Assembly (NCBI RefSeq): GCF_036365525.1 | Contig: NC_090383.1 | Coordinates: 3,207,112 to 3,271,111 of the forward strand | Reading direction: 5' to 3' | Origin: Heterodontus francisci | Taxonomy: Eukaryota | DNA: 64,000 nucleotides | Shown: piece by piece, positions 60,478-64,000 of the stretch | How the letters are laid out: the number at the start of each line of letters is the position of its first letter | How positions within the stretch are numbered: position 1 is the first letter of the stretch | Translations under genes and position numbers: made by a program | The notes under the pieces: generated by a model | Databases searched by the model: none | Seen by the model: the letters and a program-made list of their open reading frames with translations, nothing else | Told to the model about the DNA's origin: nothing

Positions 60478-61839
60478 GTTTGTATTCCTAGAGTCTAAAT
60501 TAGTGATTTCCTTGTTCTGAAACATGCACTCGCCCTAGAATTTGCAACCACAGAATTCTGAAAGTGTAAAAGTGTCTTTGATCCGTTCAGCAGGAAATAG
60601 AACCAGTGACTGTAAATTCTTCCAACCACCCTCCCCAGCTATTTTCATCACATTGTTTCCTCCTGCTCTCCTCCACCCTTCCACCCCACAGAAATCCTTG
60701 TTTTGGCTCTTTAAATTCTGTATTTCTTAGTGTATTTTCGGTCTGCCCCCCTCGGTCCCACAATTCATCTGTTCACATTTGACTTTCTGCACCTGTTGGT
60801 TCTTGTATGCAGACCAATAATTTCTGTTCTAGTTTTTTTGAATGTACCTTACTTAACCAGGTTGTGAATGTCTTTTATTCCTGGGGCCAGTGCATGCTTT
60901 TTTCACTCGAACTGAGTTCCCACCCAGTGCGCCCAGCTGAGATACAGCATGATTAAAGATGCAGAGGGGAGTTTCTCACTGTTCTGGCACAGTAATGAAC
61001 TTCAAACCCTCCTGGCCGCCAGTATCCGGTTTCATTTCCTGCTTCACATTATCGATATTTCTGTACCTGTTGAGGCTTGTTCATTTCATGCTGCTGTGAC
61101 CAGCAAAGGCAGGGCACTTTTCAACTCAAATTGATGAATTACATTGAAGGACAGGTCCTAGAGTTTGTTCTGTAACATTGCTCAGTGAACAGTCTACATT
61201 TTCTGCTTTATTACATTTTTGTTTTGCATCTAAATTTAGGTAGGTTTCTTGGCTGATTTGTAATTTTATTTTTAAGTGGGATGAATATTTTGTTTCTTCA
61301 CTGTGACTTGACATTTCCCTGACCTATTGAGGGTAATGAGAGTTCGCAAGCTTTAGCTAGGGACACAGTAACTAGTAAATGTCTCGCTCCACCTTGCCTT
61401 TCCCTCGTAACTTGTGAAAGCACTGACTTTCACTGGGGTATGGATCCATAGGTGCTCCCAATTCCTCATTAAAGTGGCTATTATACCTATATGATGAATA
61501 AGTCCTTGTACCTGGGGAGTGTGGGGGGTGCATTGCCATTAAACTGTTCTCCCTGTATTCAGTTCCCAGCAGGATGCAGTGGGTAACTGAGCACACTTTC
61601 CCTGCTTTGCTTCCCATGTTTCTGTTCTGAAGGTGTACCTGAGTGGAAACCCACTACACCATTCAGTCCTGAAAACGGGTCTCTGATGCATTTGGATCTG
61701 TTGCAACGTGACATACCCGTTTCGGATCAGCAAGGTTATCTTTTAATCTAGACATCTCTGGAGAGCAGTTACTTTACCTTCATAGATTTGTGTGATGCTG
61801 AATTGCTGGGTTTGAATTCCTAAAGCACAAATTCTTCAG

Positions 61840-61985
61840 CTTCCAGATGGCCGGGTTATAAAAGTTGGAGGAGAACGGTTTGAAGCTGCTGAAGCCTTGT
61901 TTCAGCCTCATCTCATCAACGTTGAAGGTGTTGGTGTTGCTGAGTTACTTTTCAATACCATTCAGGCAGCTGATATTGATACCAG
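61840..61985 (+). CDS. ACTR2: ACTR2 exon ([30 protein letters not shown]...DIDT[R])
   Basis: cag|...|gtatgt; 146 nt. Confidence 0.98.
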
Positions 61986-62222
61986 GTATGTGGGCGATGT
62001 GCATTGGAGGATTGTTGAAGTTTTTGCTTTTTTAAACTGCGATATATCACTAATTACTGGGCTCTGGGTGAATGCTGTAACTTGTGATACAAATTTCCAT
62101 GTGTTTTTAGACATCAGTACATTCTGCTACAACTGGTTTTCCTTTATGAAAATTTCCAAGCTAATATCAGCTTGTAAATTTGCCCTGGTGATTCATTGCC
62201 ATCTGTAATTGTTCCCTCCCAG

Positions 62223-62355
62223 ATCGGAGTTCTACAAGCACATTGTCCTGTCTGGTGGCTCCACCATGTACCCAGGTTTGCCTTCGCGCCTGGAGCGTGA
62301 GCTCAAACAGCTGTACCTTGAGCGTGTACTTAAAGGAGATGTTGAGAAACTTTCT
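62223..62355 (+). CDS. ACTR2: ACTR2 penultimate coding exon ([R][44 protein letters not shown])
   Basis: cag|...|gtaagt; 133 nt; final exon not found before 64000. Confidence 0.98.
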
Positions 62356-62499
62356 GTAAGTCAAACCTTGCTGTTATAAATGATTCAAATTTCTCCATTT
62401 GTGATTATGATAAAAACATTGTTTAGTGGAGTGAATAAACAGTGCAATCTATTTTACTGTAATTGCAGATAAATCTGGGATCTAATGTTGCAGAAGTGT

Positions 62500-63605
62500 T
62501 CCACTGTATCTCCCTCACCATCTCAACTCATACACCCCAGAGTGGATCTTCCATTCTCCTAGTTCTGGCCTTGCTTTAAAAATTCTCATCCTTGTTTTCA
62601 AATCCATTGTCCATCCAGTCGTAGCCAGAGAATCACCTGCAATGGTTTCTCTTCCTGCTGCCAAACCATTACCTCTGGTGTCCCCATGGATCTGTACTTG
62701 GCCCCCTCCTATTTCTCATCTACATGCTGTCTCTTAGCGACATCATCCAAAAGCGCAATGTTAATTTTCACATGTACGCTGACAATACCCAGCTCTACCT
62801 CACCACCACCTCTCTCGACTCCTCCACTGTCTCTAAATTATCCCACTGCTTATCCGACATGCAATACTGGATAAACAAATATTGGGAAGACAGAAATCAT
62901 TGTCTTCAGTCCCTGCCACAAGCTCCATTCCCAAGCTATTAACTTCATCCCTCTGAATCAGACTGTTCGAAACCTGGTGTCGTATTTGCACCCGAAATGA
63001 GCTTCCAACCACACATCTGTGACCACCTATTTCCACCTGCTTAACATCGCCTGACTGTCTCTTGCCTCAGCTCATCTGCTGTTGAAACCCTCATCTATGC
63101 CTTTGTTACCTCTGGACTTGACTATTCCAGTGCACTCCTGGCTGACCTCCTCTGTTCTACTGTGTAGATACTTGAGGTCATCCAAAACGCTGCCCATATC
63201 CTAACTTGCACCAAGTTCCATTCACTCATCACCCCTGTGCTTGCTGACCCACGTTGGCTCCCAGTCGGTGCCTTGCATTTAAAATTCTCGTCCTTGTTTT
63301 CAAATCCTTCCATGGCCCCACAATCATCAGGTATCTGCACGCCTCCAATTCTGGCCTCCTGAGTATCCTCTGATTTTCATCACTTCCCCCATTGGTGACC
63401 ATGCCTTCAGCTGCCTGGGCCTGAAGCTCTGGGGCTCCCTCCTAAGCCTCTCCACCTCACTACCTTTCCTCCTTTAGGATGCTCGTTAAAACTGCCCTTT
63501 TTGGTCACTTTTCCTAATATCTCCTCATGTGGCTCAGTATCAAATTTTGTTAGGTAACATGGCTTTGGGACATTGAAGGCGCATGATAAATGCAGGTTGT
63601 AGTAG
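62500..63605 (+). mobile_element. L2-clade LINE RT fragment and 3' end
   Basis: SGVPHGSVLGPLLFLIYML..FHMYADNTQLYL; tail ending aaatgcaggttgtagtag. Confidence 0.85.
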
Positions 63606-63844
63606 TGTGTCTCCCCCATCTGCTCTCTTTTTTTTTTTAACCCACCACCACCCCCTCCATTGTTAGCAGAGACTTAACCCTCCAAAACGTCACTGGAGTT
63701 CTCTTCCTAAACCTATGTTTTGCCATTCATTGCCTCACTTTGAAATGTCTCCTCAAAACCTACCTCTGGTCTTGCCTTCATTTGCCTCCTTGAACCTTCT
63801 TTCCCCCTCTCGGTTTGTGTCTAATGCTGCCGCTTATTAATTGC

Positions 63845-63970
63845 CTGATGATTTGATAAGCAAAGGGGTGAAAGGTTATCAGAGGTAGGTGAAAATGTGG
63901 AGTAATCAGTTCAGCCATGAACTTAGTGAATGGCTGAGGAGGCTTGAAGGGCCAAGTGGCCTGTTCGTAT
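63845..63970 (+). mobile_element. CR1 3' tail
   Basis: tcagccatgaactt...gaatggc...ggcttgaagggcc. Confidence 0.65.
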
Positions 63971-64000
63971 GCAACATATTATGGTTGAATTCAATAGCTC

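Noticed and set aside
62356-64000. Final ACTR2 exon (KFKIRIEDPPRRKHMVF...)
   Set aside because: Not found; the region is L2/CR1-derived, so the exon most likely lies beyond the window rather than being lost.

Overview
Vertebrate nuclear DNA. The repeat landscape (HE1/V-SINE, Deu-SINE, LF-SINE-like, CR1/HER1, L2, RTE, Penelope) points to a cartilaginous fish, probably a shark. The window holds the first coding exon and CpG-island promoter of RAB1A (minus strand, about 1.2-1.6 kb). About 25 kb away, in divergent orientation, lie the promoter and nine coding exons of ACTR2 (Arp2 subunit of the Arp2/3 complex; 26152-62355), including the 15-nt NNKKM alternative microexon. The terminal ACTR2 exon lies beyond the window. 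The rest is mostly transposon-derived: an internally deleted Gmr1-like Gypsy LTR element (5674-10679), two hAT MITEs with 8-bp TSDs, a Penelope-like fragment carrying a minimal hammerhead ribozyme and a 5' inversion, and many LINE/SINE fragments. A 2.7-kb, 33-bp-unit minisatellite derived from a Deu-SINE abuts the ACTR2 promoter. Most ORFs in the supplied track are repeat-derived or spurious. I found no convincing wholly new multi-gene system. The best leads are the microexon's tandem splice sites (one variant creates an in-frame stop), the SINE-born promoter minisatellite, the hammerhead-bearing elements and a Pro-to-Ala change at a deeply conserved actin-fold residue. Repeat family names are from recognition, not a database search, and repeat boundaries are approximate unless termini or TSDs are cited.
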